Of a stretch of DNA of 35,713 bases, positions 1 through 11,596 are shown one piece after another. The stretch's first letter is position 1. Every line of letters begins with the position of its first letter. A program made the translations under genes and the position numbers. Under the pieces are notes generated by a model. It did no database searches. It saw nothing but the letters and a program-made list of their open reading frames with translations, and was not told where the DNA came from. Source of the DNA: Octopus bimaculoides (Eukaryota); contig NC_068982.1 in the NCBI RefSeq assembly GCF_001194135.2, positions 2,456,996 through 2,492,708 of the forward strand, read 5' to 3'.

Positions 1-37
1 GGAGTATTCGAGCGGTTCGAAGCAGTGATGTTTTCTG

Positions 38-38
38 T

Positions 39-71
<33 letters not shown>

Positions 72-110
72 AGCGACGACGAACAGCAGCAGCAGCAATA
101 GTAGTAGTAA

Positions 111-154
<44 letters not shown>

Positions 155-155
155 A

Positions 156-188
<33 letters not shown>

Positions 189-245
189 AAGTAGTTGTTG
201 TTGTTGTTGTTGTTGCAGCAGAAGTAGTAGTTGCTGCAGCAATCG
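38..245. repeat. Compound trinucleotide microsatellite (ACT)n-(AGC)n-(AGT)n-(GTT)n
   Basis: Read directly from the sequence; it explains the low-complexity ORF 25..375. Confidence 0.97.
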
Positions 246-719
246 CAGCGGCAGCATACTGTGCTGTTTTGTACTTACAACAAAAGCCCGTACCCTCTAT
301 GCCATTTTGTCTTACTTTCTAGAAAGGCTGTTTTTAATCTTGTGTTTCAAAGATTTCCTGATAATGAAGGCGTAATTCTTTCAGTGCCTCGTCTTATTAT
401 TGTAAAAACTAATTGATTTTGTCCTATTTTACTGTGAATGACAACTCACGTAACACTGAAAGGATAAGAAGTTCTAAGCGTGTTTCCCACTTTGAGAATA
501 ACCGTTATTAGTTAGAAAACAATGCCTCTGTTTTCAGACATACATTTCCACCATTTTCACTAACCCACGCCGTCATTGTCATCACTGTCATCGTTCTGTA
601 TGTCGTATATATATACGAAAGAGAAAGAGACTTTATAGAAAAATGACTTACTTGCTTATCCCTTGTTTTTGTGTAAATACATTCGAAAAAACAAGAATGA
701 GTATATTTGACTCGCCCTC

Positions 720-858
<139 letters not shown>

Positions 859-879
859 TTGTGTGTGTCTTTGTGTCTG

Positions 880-1080
880 TGTCTGTCACCCACCACTCCT
901 TGATAACCGGTGCTGGTGTGTTTACGTCCCCGTAAATTAGCGGTACGGCAAAATAGACCGATAGAATAAGTACCAAGCGTCTATAAAAAATAAAGTAAGT
1001 ACTGGGGTCGATACATTTGAATAAATATTCTTCGAGGCGGTGCCCCAGCATGACCGCAGTCTAATGACAGAAATAAGGAA
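880..1080 (+). mobile_element. SINE family B, 3' half
   Basis: gctggtgtgtttacgtccccgtaa...gaccgatagaataagtac...ctggggtcgat...ggcggtgccccagcatgaccgcagtc aligns with the copies at 16171-16330 and 15325-15435. Confidence 0.9.
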
Positions 1081-1623
1081 AATGTAAATGATAAACATAT
1101 ATATATATATATACACACATATGTATATTCATATTTATGCGTATGTATATGTATGTATTAATATGTATGTATATATATATGCATTATATCTATCTATCTA
1201 TCTATCTACATATATATATATATATNNNNNNNNNNNNNNNNNNNNNNNNNNNNNNNNNNNNNNNNNNNNNNNNNNNNNNNNNNNNNNNNNNNNNNNNNNN
1301 NNNNNNNNNNNNNNNNNNNNNNNNNNNNNNNNNNNNNNNNNNNNNNNNNNNNNNNNNNNNNNNNNNNNNNNNNNNNNNNNNNNNNNNNNNNNNNNNNNNN
1401 NNNNNNNNNNNNNNNNNNNNNNNNNNNNNNNNNNNNNNNNNNNNNNNNNNNNNNNNNNNNNNNNNNNNNNNNNNNNNNNNNNNAGAAAAACTTGAAATGG
1501 CAAAAATGATTACAACAGGGAACTAGATGATTGACAAAAGAGCACAAAACGACAGATTCATACTGTAGCAGAAACGTAGAGGATGATATAGATGCAAGAG
1601 AGTGTAGATATACACATCCACAA

Positions 1624-1663
<40 letters not shown>

Positions 1664-2659
1664 GCATTTGTATGAATATATCTCAATGCATGTATACGTT
1701 AATACGTTTGTGCGTGCGTGTCTTTGTGTGTATGTGTATGTGTGTGTGTATGTGTGCGTGCATGTGTGGATGTATGTATATCGATGCAATGAATACCTTT
1801 TACAAGCGCATGCATAAATCGTCTATGAGTATATGTGCCTTCAATATCACCTCCTTAAAACCTTGCCTTCAGTCAAGTTATTTAATATTTTCTCACATAC
1901 CATTTGATGTTATACATTTCCCAAATTGCACACTACTTTCAAAAGACGCTCACCTTCAAGTCATTAGCGCTTTCCGTATTTCTTTGAAGTACACAACTAC
2001 TTAGCTCATAGTGAACTGTCAAGCATGCTTGCAAGAAACTTCAATTCTTAGTGAGTCCGCAATTAAAATATACCGATATCTACTTTAGAACAACATTTTT
2101 CTAATTGTTTATTTTCACATCCCAGTTATTTATCTTTTTTACTCGACAAACCGAATCTACAATTATCTCATTCCAATAATTTGTAGCTACTAATATCTAC
2201 AACCAAGGGTTCGAACCCAATAGTGGTTTTCATTATAATCCCTACTTGAAGAGAACGGTATGGAAGCCATTTAAGTTGCAAAATATCAAATAGCAAGTTG
2301 TAAAATTTCACGAAAAGACCAGAGTAATAACTATACTAAACAGGAAAGTCAGTCGCCAAATCACAATCTCGCGCTCCTGATACCTGCCAGAGATTCGTAG
2401 GAGTTCGCTCTCCCTGATCACAATAGGTTGTATATAAAGGGTGAAGAGTCGTACCAATAGCCCACAGGCGGAGAATCTGCCTGGGGTTAAACTAGTAGTA
2501 ATATTCAACAGTCACTTTGATGTGGCTACTGGCTTTACTGTTTATTATAGTTACTACTCTTGTCTCTTCGTGAGATTTTGCAACTCGTTATTTTGCTTGT
2601 TGCAAATCAGTGACCGATGGTCAATTTGCTTACAATATATTGTTAGCGTGGGCGGACTC

Positions 2660-3229
2660 TGCAAAGAAGAGCACACATTCACTCTCTGCGCGTGATTAGA
2701 CTCGGAAAGTTTGTGAGGAACCCAATTTTCTGACTTTTCTGAAGGCACAGAAATCTCGATCGATGGTTGAATGATGAAATCCAAGTTTCTCTCCCAGTTC
2801 TACAACAGTTAGGATGGAATTTTGTTCCACCAGGTTTTGCAGGACCTCCTCGTCGAGATCTACAGATCTTTCAGGACTAGGCTTGTTTTCAAGGCTGTAG
2901 CTTCCAGTTCAGAATTTGACATTGGTTTACGCTTATTGTCCAATCCCCATATACTGCATTAATATTCCTCGCACTTTGCGTTGCGTTGTTGCCTTTACTG
3001 AACTCATAAAGCAAAATATGCCGAATATGCCCATTTGTCACTTCCATTACATCTTTGAAAACCTAACTGTTAAAATCGAACTACAATCTTAGCAACTTGT
3101 ACTAAGAATAAGTACAATGTAAAAGTAATAACTGCTTTTAGAACAAGTTGATGCAGGTAGTTTATCCCGCCCCCTCCGACTTTTAGTTCATGCAATTGAA
3201 AAAACCGCATTATTTATGGAATGACCCAG
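2660..3229 (-). mobile_element. Mariner transposon, 5' half (TIR plus N-terminal transposase relic)
   Basis: TA at 3230-3231, then TIR ctgggtcattccataaataatgcggttttt. The minus strand from ATG 3047 reads MEVTNGHIRHILLYEFSKGNNATQSARNINAVYG...PHKLSESNHAQRVNVCSSL with frameshifts. Same family as 23506-24580. Confidence 0.93.
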
Positions 3230-3269
3230 TATATATATCCTCCCATCACATACACTACTATCTGTAGAT

Positions 3270-3293
3270 TATGTATGCATGTATGTATGTATG

Positions 3294-3346
<53 letters not shown>
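3270..3346. repeat. (TATG)n(TA)n microsatellite
   Basis: Read directly from the sequence. Confidence 0.95.
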
Positions 3347-3356
<10 letters not shown>

Positions 3357-4086
3357 GAATGCATGTATATATAGGTGTGTATGTGCGTGTGAATATATAT
3401 GTGTGTCTGTGTGCGTGTGTCGACATACGTTTCTTTATTGAAATCGTATAATTGCTAAGATATATAAACGATAAAATTTTAAGAGATAAGTAAATGCGAT
3501 TTGACAGTTTGAATATTGAACAAGTGTCTGGGCACACATCGTTCGCCTGTAATACTTCAATAAAATATTTAGTCATAATTTACAAAAAAAATGTATTACT
3601 CTCTATCAAATGCAGCATTACTTTCGCTATTTTACCACATATTTTACATTAAAATATATAGGCACCCATATATACATAGTGTGTGAGACATCATTTACGG
3701 TACACCGTTAATGTCGTTCGATTTTTCTTTTTTTATAAACATAAACTTTTAATTTTGCTCTGAATATAAATGAAGTGTTTATAACATAGGTTTTAATTTC
3801 TGGCCCATAAAATCTAGTATAGATCGGCTTTCATTTTATTTCCTTTAATCCCTTCTCAACGAAGGAATACACATGCTTTCCATATGTAGATATTATAGTT
3901 TATTACTAATTACGAGGTATATAAAGAGGGGCCATATGAATCGCCCGGTTTAATTTGAATAGCAGGGTTTTATTTTAATAGGATTTGAGTATTTGAAGTG
4001 AAATATATAATCACATAATGAATTTTATATTACTTAAGCATTACATTATAGCAACTGAAACATCAAGAATGGCATTAGAAGATACC

Positions 4087-4101
4087 GTAGCCCATGGCAA
4101 C
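4087..4101. promoter_or_regulatory. RFX X-box-like motif GTAGCCCATGGCAAC
   Basis: Matches GTNRCC(N0-3)RGYAAC; a second half-site (tatagcaac) lies about 45 bp upstream. Motif match only. Confidence 0.35.
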
Positions 4102-4259
4102 GGGGATATTTTGTGCAGATTTCTATCCAGCTCACATCAGCATTATTTATAATGAATACATTTGGAATAATTAGCTATATGACCCCAGATATAAAAGTAA
4201 AGTGGCCAAGTATAAACATTTATGGGTTCTTAAAGAAATTCGTCTATATTATTGTTGCT

Positions 4260-4411
4260 AACCACTACACACATTTTTTTCTCTCCTTGTTTCTTTCTGT
4301 GTTCCTTTCTGTGGAAGAGCGTAGGTTCGAAACGTTAAAGACTTTCAATTCCCGTTTCTTTTCTACGCCACCTGTCTTCGTCTGTTTTATTATTTTTTTT
4401 GTGAATTCTCC
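4260..4411 (+). mobile_element. Penelope-type pseudo-LTR fragment carrying a hammerhead motif
   Basis: Pyrimidine-rich segment containing the hammerhead fold at 4305-4340, ending at the gap and (TA)n tract. Similar organisation to 24880-25060. Confidence 0.65.
4305..4340 (+). ncRNA. Minimal type I hammerhead ribozyme-like motif
   Basis: cttt CTGTGGA a gagc gtag gttc GAAAC GTT aaag: stem I cttt/aaag, stem II gagc/gttc (one G-U), palindromic stem III ac/gt, triplet GUU. Core A6 is replaced by U. Confidence 0.65.
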
Positions 4412-4421
4412 NNNNNNNNNN

Positions 4422-4467
<46 letters not shown>

Positions 4468-4489
4468 TGTGCATATGCGTGTCTAAATT

Positions 4490-5140
4490 TACACGTAGTA
4501 CAGAGAATTATCATTTAGCATCAATTTGTAACGACAGTCCGTTGGAGCAAGAATTTCACTCATTGCCCTCCTTTATCTACGAGAATAAATCCGTCTTCCG
4601 TCTGGCGTTTGGTGTCGGTGGCTGCAGTTCAATGCCTCACAATCTGTGAATTTCTACTCAATGCTGTTTTTTACCCATGATTCCGGCTAAACCAGGGGCA
4701 CCTAATAAGATCACGCCCCTGCAAATCCCACAAGGCTTTGTAAGTGTGGTGAACCTTCCACGTGTCATCTGCACAATCAGTACCTTAGAAAGAACATAAT
4801 TTATAAGGGCACTGTCACCACCGGCAATAATACTTTCCACTACATACGATGCACTGCTCCCCAATTTAAACGTAAATTTTATAATCACGTCCACTCTTTT
4901 AAGATCTATAGTAAACATAATTCCACATCGATGGCAGAATTGGTTTGAGACTTAAAACTGAAGAGGGCCCCATACCTGATTTCTTGGTCTGTAGTGACGT
5001 CTGCACTCCTTTACACGATTGGAGGAGGAAGCGTGTGCAATCTTAGCACCCACTTCAAGTTACATTACTGGCATTATACTTCTACTTTCGCTAACCCTTT
5101 CCGCTCTTATCGGCTTATTCTTCACACTCATGTCTTAAAT
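4490..5140 (+). mobile_element. Penelope-like retroelement relic: RT C-terminal/linker remnant and GIY-YIG endonuclease
   Basis: The + frame from 4709 reads ...CKCGEPSTCHLHNQYLRKNIIYKGTVTTGNNTFHYIRCTAPQFKRKFYNHVHSFKIYSKHNSTSMAELV*DLKLKRAPYLISWSVVTSALLYTIGGGSVCNL. This shows the CxC..C, IIY...YI(G>R), R.YNH..SF, NST.L...W.LK, I.W and CNL pattern of PLE endonucleases. Stop at 4946-4948; not in the ORF track. Confidence 0.9.
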
Positions 5141-5913
5141 GTGTAAACCGTTTTTTCTTGTTTTTTTTTTTTTTGGTTTCACTACTAACCTTCCATGTTC
5201 GATTCATTCCACCTTTCTATATTCAGTTTTATAATTTTATGGATTTATAATATTTTCTATGAATTTTTTATGGATTATAATGTATCACTTTTCCTTATTT
5301 TTCTTGGCTCTCTGGATGACGGCCTTGTTGCCTTTCTTTCCCTGTTTTCCACCTCTCAAACTAGATATTTTTATAACTTGTAGAATTATAATTTATAATT
5401 TTTCGCATTTTACCTGTACCTACATGATTTTTAAAGTATTTTTTTTATTATTTTTTCTCCCCATTTATATTTCCCCATCAAGCTGTTTTTATTTTTGTTT
5501 CTATTTTCCTTTATAACTACGTAACGGAATTATTTTATATATTTTCTATTTTCTATTTATTCTTTAATATTTTTTATACATCATACCCTCGTCTCGACTT
5601 ATTCTAATGTTTATACACACCTCCTCTCATAAAGGTTTAGACACTTATTGCAGATATTACACGAGTTTATAACTTTTGCATCTCCTTTTTCACATTTCTA
5701 AGTAATTTGTATCTTATTTCATTTCATCTTATTTTATCTTATGTATACATATATTTCTCCGCTTCGTCATTGTTATTACCGATTGGAATCGACTATATAT
5801 TAAACCACTATCCAGACTTACCTAGGACGCATATACACCTCAAATATATACACACACTGTAGAAATATTTTGTTTTCTTTCAGTTTTTATATCTGTTGCT
5901 TCATGACCCTTAT

Positions 5914-6141
5914 CTTATTTCTTTATTGCCCACAAGGGGCTAAACATAGAGGGGACAAAGAAGGACAGACAAAGGGATTAAGTCGATTACATCGATACCA
6001 GTGCGCAACTGGTACTTAATTTATCGACCCCGAAAGGATGAAAGGCAAAGTCGACCTCGGCGGAATTTGAACTCAGAACGTAACGGCAGACGAAATACTG
6101 CTAAGAATTTCCCCGGCGCGCTAACGTTTCTGCCAGCTCGC
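5914..6141 (-). mobile_element. SINE family A (tRNA-derived head, Deu/Nin-like core), near full length
   Basis: The minus strand shows A-box-like tggcagaaacgttagc, B-box gagttcaaatt, core tttcatcctttcggggtcgataaattaagtaccag and tail gccccttgtgggcaataaagaaataag. Confidence 0.93.
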
Positions 6142-6240
6142 ATATGTATTTATTGTATATCCTTCTAAACTGAACACGATATATTTTCACCCTCTTCATA
6201 CAGAACATAAGTCTCACACTTGGGGCATTATTTATTTACT

Positions 6241-6320
6241 TAATTCCGCTGCGGTCGACCCCGGCTCCAACCCATTCGGGTCGACCAAAGCAACACCAGT
6301 CAAGCATTGGGGTAGATGTG
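6241..6320 (+). mobile_element. SINE family A core fragment, diverged
   Basis: aattccgctgcggtcgacc...ttcgggtcgacc...accagtcaagcattggggtagatgt aligns to the family A core. Confidence 0.75.
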
Positions 6321-6574
6321 TGTGTGTGTGTGCAAGTGTGTATATGCCGTACTGGATATGTGTGTGTATGTGTACATATAAGTGCACGACGTTATAAATA
6401 TATAGATATATAGGCGTGTGTGTATATGTACCTGTGTACGCATTTGTACATGCGTATATATATGCATCGATATGTGTATGGATGTGTAGATATATATACT
6501 TATTACAAATTAAAGGGGTAAAGGTTTATCAATTTATTAATTTATTAATAAATCAACAATTAACAATTTTTATC

Positions 6575-6608
6575 AAGCCCTTCGGTATGTAAGCACCATT
6601 ATCGGTGG
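6575..6608 (-). ncRNA. Decayed hammerhead-like motif
   Basis: The minus strand reads cCGATAA t ggtg cttaca tacc GAAG: stem II is intact, with three core substitutions relative to CTGATGA/GAAA. Confidence 0.3.
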
Positions 6609-6899
6609 AGAACTTATTTAAAAGTTCATATACATTTATAAACATAATTAAGTAGCTGCTATTTCTGAACTTCGGTATATGGTGTATATATATATANNNN
6701 NNNNNNNNNNNNNNNNNNNNNNNNNNNNNNNNNNNNNNNNNNNNNNNNNNNNNNNNNNNNNNNNNNNNNNNNNNNNNNNNNNNNNNNNNNNNNNNNNNNN
6801 NNNNNNNNNNNNNNNNNNNNNNNNNNNNNNNNNNNNNNTATATATACATGTATGGATGTTCGTTCAACAGTGATGATATACAATAAGAACTCTCTTTAA

Positions 6900-7470
6900 G
6901 ATTATAAGGTTTTATTGTAGCGTGGGTTATATATGAATTGCCTTGCATAGAGTTCTGTTTAGAGATGTTTAGTGTCCGATAGACATGTCTCTGGTGTGTT
7001 AGCAGTAAATGAATGAATGCCTGAAGACATTAGTTGTGCTTTGTATGTATAGAAGTATACTTGATAGAAGTGTTTCTAGATAGCTTGAGATAGCAACATT
7101 GAGTTTGGTCTATACTGTTTAGTGCACGTGGAAGAAGAATGTTCTTGTGAGAGAGCGGCCAGTGTTAACGCGATAGAACAAAACTGCATGATTGGAGTCC
7201 TTCAGAAAAAGCAAGACAAAGAACTGAAAGGAACTCGATTAAACAATGGCAGTGACAATCGGACGTAGCAGAGAACGCCTGTTCGAGGGATCACAGAATG
7301 AGTAGAGCTTCAAATTGATAGTGTCGTTTGAGCCTACTCTGCGACCAAAATGCATGTTTTGAACAAATGCTAATGCAGACATGCGAAAGTCCTAAATTCA
7401 ATGGCGACGTTAATGAAGATGCTACGCGTTAATTTAATGTGTTAAAATTATCGTTATTAATGTATATCGA
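6900..7470 (-). mobile_element. Unclassified decayed retroelement-like coding relic (possibly a PLE N-terminus)
   Basis: Balanced composition with long semi-open minus frames broken by scattered stops, flanked by two hammerhead relics. No diagnostic motif recognised. Confidence 0.3.
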
Positions 7471-7501
7471 ATTATACATAGATATATATACAAGTTCTCT
7501 T

Positions 7502-7577
7502 ATATCTGCGGACATTTTTCTTGGGAAATTTTTGTGGACATATCTGTGGATATTTTTTTCGGGAAATTTTTGTGCGC
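7502..7577. repeat. Two-copy tandem repeat of about 38 bp
   Basis: atatctgcggacatttttcttgggaaatttttgtggac followed by atatctgtggatatttttttcgggaaatttttgtgcgc. Confidence 0.85.
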
Positions 7578-7834
7578 CTCGTTAAAACCTTTCGCTACCC
7601 CTGCTCTACATCCATACCATATATATATACCCCAAACTTCCACGTGCACACAAATCTCCTCTGAAGATCTCAGTTCATTCGTACACACATGTATATACAC
7701 ACAAGCACATCTCTGCTCTTTTCCCCATGCTCAACTCTTTTCACAGAACTGCAGTGCACTCGACTGATTTGTCTTTCCGCCAGCAACTTTTCTTCTTTCA
7801 TTTTCCTCCTTCATTTTTTATCTATATTTATCTT

Positions 7835-7866
7835 CAATTGATGGATTTACATCCGAAACGCCAATA
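7835..7866 (+). ncRNA. Decayed hammerhead-like motif
   Basis: ...ttgat GGAT ttac ATCC GAAACG cc: perfect stem II and GAAAC, but the 5' core is eroded and GTC reads GCC. Confidence 0.4.
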
Positions 7867-8794
7867 CTGTTTCCCTTTCGTTTAAGCGTGAAGCTAATAC
7901 AAAATTTATCAAGACTCCCCTACCTCTGCTGTCATCTTTCACTTTCTGTTCATTGCCTCCTTTTTATATATGCATTATATATATATATATGTATANNNNN
8001 NNNNNNNNNNNNNNNNNNNNNNNNNNNNNNNNNNNNNNNNNNNNNNNNNNNNNNNNNNNNNNNNNNNNNNNNNNNNNNNNNNNNNNNNNNNNNNNNNNNN
8101 NNNNNNNNNNNNNNNNNNNNNNNNNNNNNNNNNNNNNNNNNNNNNNNNNNNNNNNNNNNNNNNNNNNNNNNNNNNNNNNNNNNNNNNNNNNNNNNNNNNN
8201 NNNNNNNNNNNNNNNNNNNNNNNNNNNNNNNNNNNNNNNNNNNNNNNNNNNNNNNNNNNNNNNNNNNNNNNNNNNNNNNNNNNNNNNNNNNNNNNNNNNN
8301 NNNNNNNNNNNNNNNNNNNNNNNNNNNNNNNNNNNNNNNNNNNNNNNNNNNNNNNNNNNNNNNNNNNNNNNNNNNNNNNNTATATATATAAATATATGCA
8401 TATGCGTATACTATGGAAAGCGTAGTTAAGCATATATTCATATATTCCAATCTGACTTTGCTGACGATAATTATAAATGAACATCACATCCATATCATAA
8501 AATTGTTTTAATAATCCGATTATACTGTATCTGAAAATAACGCTATTAGTTTACAATATCTCGTTTAATTATCCACATTTGCTGCAGCACTTATGCGTTT
8601 AATCTGAAGGCTATGAAAATTCTAGTTATTGACATTAAAGGAAATTATTGTTGGTTAAATGCTGAACATTGAATCTACAAAGGTCTGTCTCTGTAATTTT
8701 TTGGCGCTTAGGGTCTTTCATTACCTTCATAGTATTATTGTTGCACATAGGTATTTGTATATATAAACACACATACATAAACATATTTTGTGTT

Positions 8795-8852
8795 CGTGTG
8801 TTTGTGTGTGTCTGTGTGTGTGTGTGTGTGTGTGTGGATTGAAGAAGAGAGA

Positions 8853-8890
<38 letters not shown>
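8795..8890. repeat. (TG)n and (GA)n microsatellites
   Basis: Read directly from the sequence. Confidence 0.95.
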
Positions 8891-8894
<4 letters not shown>

Positions 8895-9472
8895 GTGTAA
8901 GAGATTCGCGAAATAATGCTCATTCGAATATACTTGAAACACGTTATATTTTGTAGTCAATGCTCAAATAAAACGCAATGTGCATGCAATGTCTGCTGCT
9001 CGTTCCCAAATACTTTATCGATATGAAATAAATATGACTTACATGCTGTATCCTTTCTAACATAATCTATGCATTGTTTTCATACAAACGATCCGTACCA
9101 AGGATGTGTTCTATTCTTTACTTGTCAACCGGGATCCTTTCACTATTTTTCTTATTTTTGTAAACAAAGAATTGTTTATGGTAGATGAAGTCTTTTGCAA
9201 GCTTCTGTTTTTCACATAGATAGAAAAAAAAAACGGGTATATTAATCAGTATTTTCTACCAAATCTACTGTTAGGATACTATTTTGAAGGTTTTTTGCAC
9301 CATAGAAATCTTGAGCATTATGTATAGTTTCGGCTGCTTTTAGCATCTGAATGGAATTCTTGTATTTTGCTGCGTAGAATTTCGAACGCATTATCGAGAA
9401 TAAAATAGTTTGATGTAATTGACAGAACCTCTCGCCACAAATTATTAGTCTTGTGCTACAATTTGAAAACAT

Positions 9473-9584
<112 letters not shown>

Positions 9585-10258
9585 GTGTGTGTGTGTTCCT
9601 CTTTGTGTATATGTTTAACCCCCCCGCCACCACCACCACCGACGTAAACNNNNNNNNNNNNNNNNNNNNNNNNNNNNNNNNNNNNNNNNNNNNNNNNNNN
9701 NNNNNNNNNNNNNNNNNNNNNNNNNNNNNNNNNNNNNNNNNNNNNNNNNNNNNNNNNNNNNNNNNNNNNNNNNNNNNNNNNNNNNNNNNNNNNNNNNNNN
9801 NNNNNNNNNNNNNNNNNNNNNNNNNNNNNNNNNNNNNNNNNNNNNNNNNNNNNNNNNNNNNNNNNNNNNNNNNNNNNNNNNNNNNNNNNNNNNNNNNNNN
9901 NNNNNNNNNNNNNNNNNNNNNNNNNNNNNNNNNNNNNNNNNNNNNNNNNNNNNNNNNNNNNNNNNNNNNNNNNNNNNNNNNNNNNNNNNNNNNNNNNNNN
10001 NNNNNNNNNNNNNNNNNNNNNNNNNNNNNNNNNNNNNNNNNNNNNNNNNNNNNNNNNNNNNNNNNNNNNNNNNNNNNNNNNNNNNNNNNNNNNNNNNNNN
10101 NNNNNNNNNNNNNNNNNNNNNNNNNNNNNNNNNNNNNNNNNNNNNNNNNNNNNNNNNNNNNNNNNNNNNNNNNNNNNNNNNNNNNNNNNNNNNNNNNNNN
10201 NNNNNNNNNNNNNNNNNNNNNNNNNNNNNNNNNNNNNNNNNNNNNNNNNNNNNNNNNN

Positions 10259-10294
<36 letters not shown>

Positions 10295-10559
10295 GTACAT
10301 ACATCACAATAAAGTCAAGAATTATCGTAAAATATCAGGATCGATATGCTCTTGTTTATAGTTATGTTAATGTTTAATTTCGTTTCATTTTATCCAGCTT
10401 TCTTGCTTTTATGTGGCACAGATTATGTTGTCTTCTACCTGGTAACTCTTTGTTTATTTCTGGACCAAAATTAATCTGTTTCTACTTTCTTGTGCTTGTG
10501 TTTATTTATATATATATATATATCTTCATACAAATACATATGTATGTTTATATATATAA

Positions 10560-10607
<48 letters not shown>

Positions 10608-11131
10608 GTGTGTCTATCTGTGTCCGTCTGCGACATATATATAATCATATATACACACACGCATGTGCATTCAATTTACCATTTATTTCTCTAAGTAGCT
10701 ACTATTTCAGGATATTCGTCTCACTTCACATGCACGCTCTTCTTCGCATATAAAAAGAAACAGCAAACTTCACTAAAACATAGGTCTTTATTCTACGTAT
10801 CTTCGGCAATACTTTCTTGAAAAGTTTAGTAGAACTGCTTTCTTGAGAGTATAGAAACCAAGAGAAAGTTCTTGTAAACAAGAAAATATAATCATTAACA
10901 AACATATGTGTGTTGATTTTTTAAAAATTTCATTATCTGTAATTTCATTATAGAAACTCTTAAATCTCACATGCACAAATATTCAGTTAAAATAAATATA
11001 TTATATCAGTGGCAACCAGATTCACTAAAAATACTGATAGTTGTTAATATATATTATAATAAATCTGCTCCCGTTTTCAATCGAAAGCATTGAAGTCAAT
11101 TTGCACTCCTTTCTAGTTATATGTAAAGTTC

Positions 11132-11162
<31 letters not shown>

Positions 11163-11380
11163 NNNNNNNNNNNNNNNNNNNNNNNNNNNNNNNNNNNNNN
11201 NNNNNNNNNNNNNNNNNNNNNNNNNNNNNNNNNNNNNNNNNNNNNNNNNNNNNNNNNNNNNNNNNNNNNNNNNNNNNNNNNNNNNNNNNNNNNNNNNNNN
11301 NNNNNNNNNNNNNNNNNNNNNNNNNNNNNNNNNNNNNNNNNNNNNNNNNNNNNNNNNNNNNNNNNNNNNNNNNNNNNNNN

Positions 11381-11437
<57 letters not shown>

Positions 11438-11470
11438 ATATATATATATATATCTATATATATATATATA
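11381..11470. repeat. (CA)n(TA)n microsatellite
   Basis: Read directly from the sequence. Confidence 0.95.
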
Positions 11471-11596
11471 TAACGTACTCATGTAAATGATATTACCTGA
11501 AATAATATACTCATGTTAACATATGTTCATATAGAAACTTTGAGTGAAGTTAACAGCAATGAAGAATGGTCGAAAGCGAAACATTTTAAAAACTAC

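Noticed and set aside
2207-2218. Palindrome gggttcgaaccc resembling a tRNA B box
   Set aside because: No A box or cloverleaf around it.
2290-2650. LTR-like segment with TATATAAAG and a tggcgac on the minus strand
   Set aside because: No TG...CA boundary next to the PBS-like word and no second copy.
4658-4918. Minus-strand ORF with CHRC/CGIC words suggesting a zinc knuckle
   Set aside because: It is the antisense shadow of the Penelope GIY-YIG frame on the plus strand.
4958-5000. CTGAAGAG as a hammerhead core
   Set aside because: No GAAA or stem II follows; it is in-frame coding sequence (LKR) of the PLE endonuclease.
9242-9460. Open minus-strand frames (RSKFYAAKYKNSIQMLKAAE... and LWREVLSITSN...) as a hAT transposase or TPR exon
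   Set aside because: Only vague resemblance and no diagnostic motif; needs a database search.
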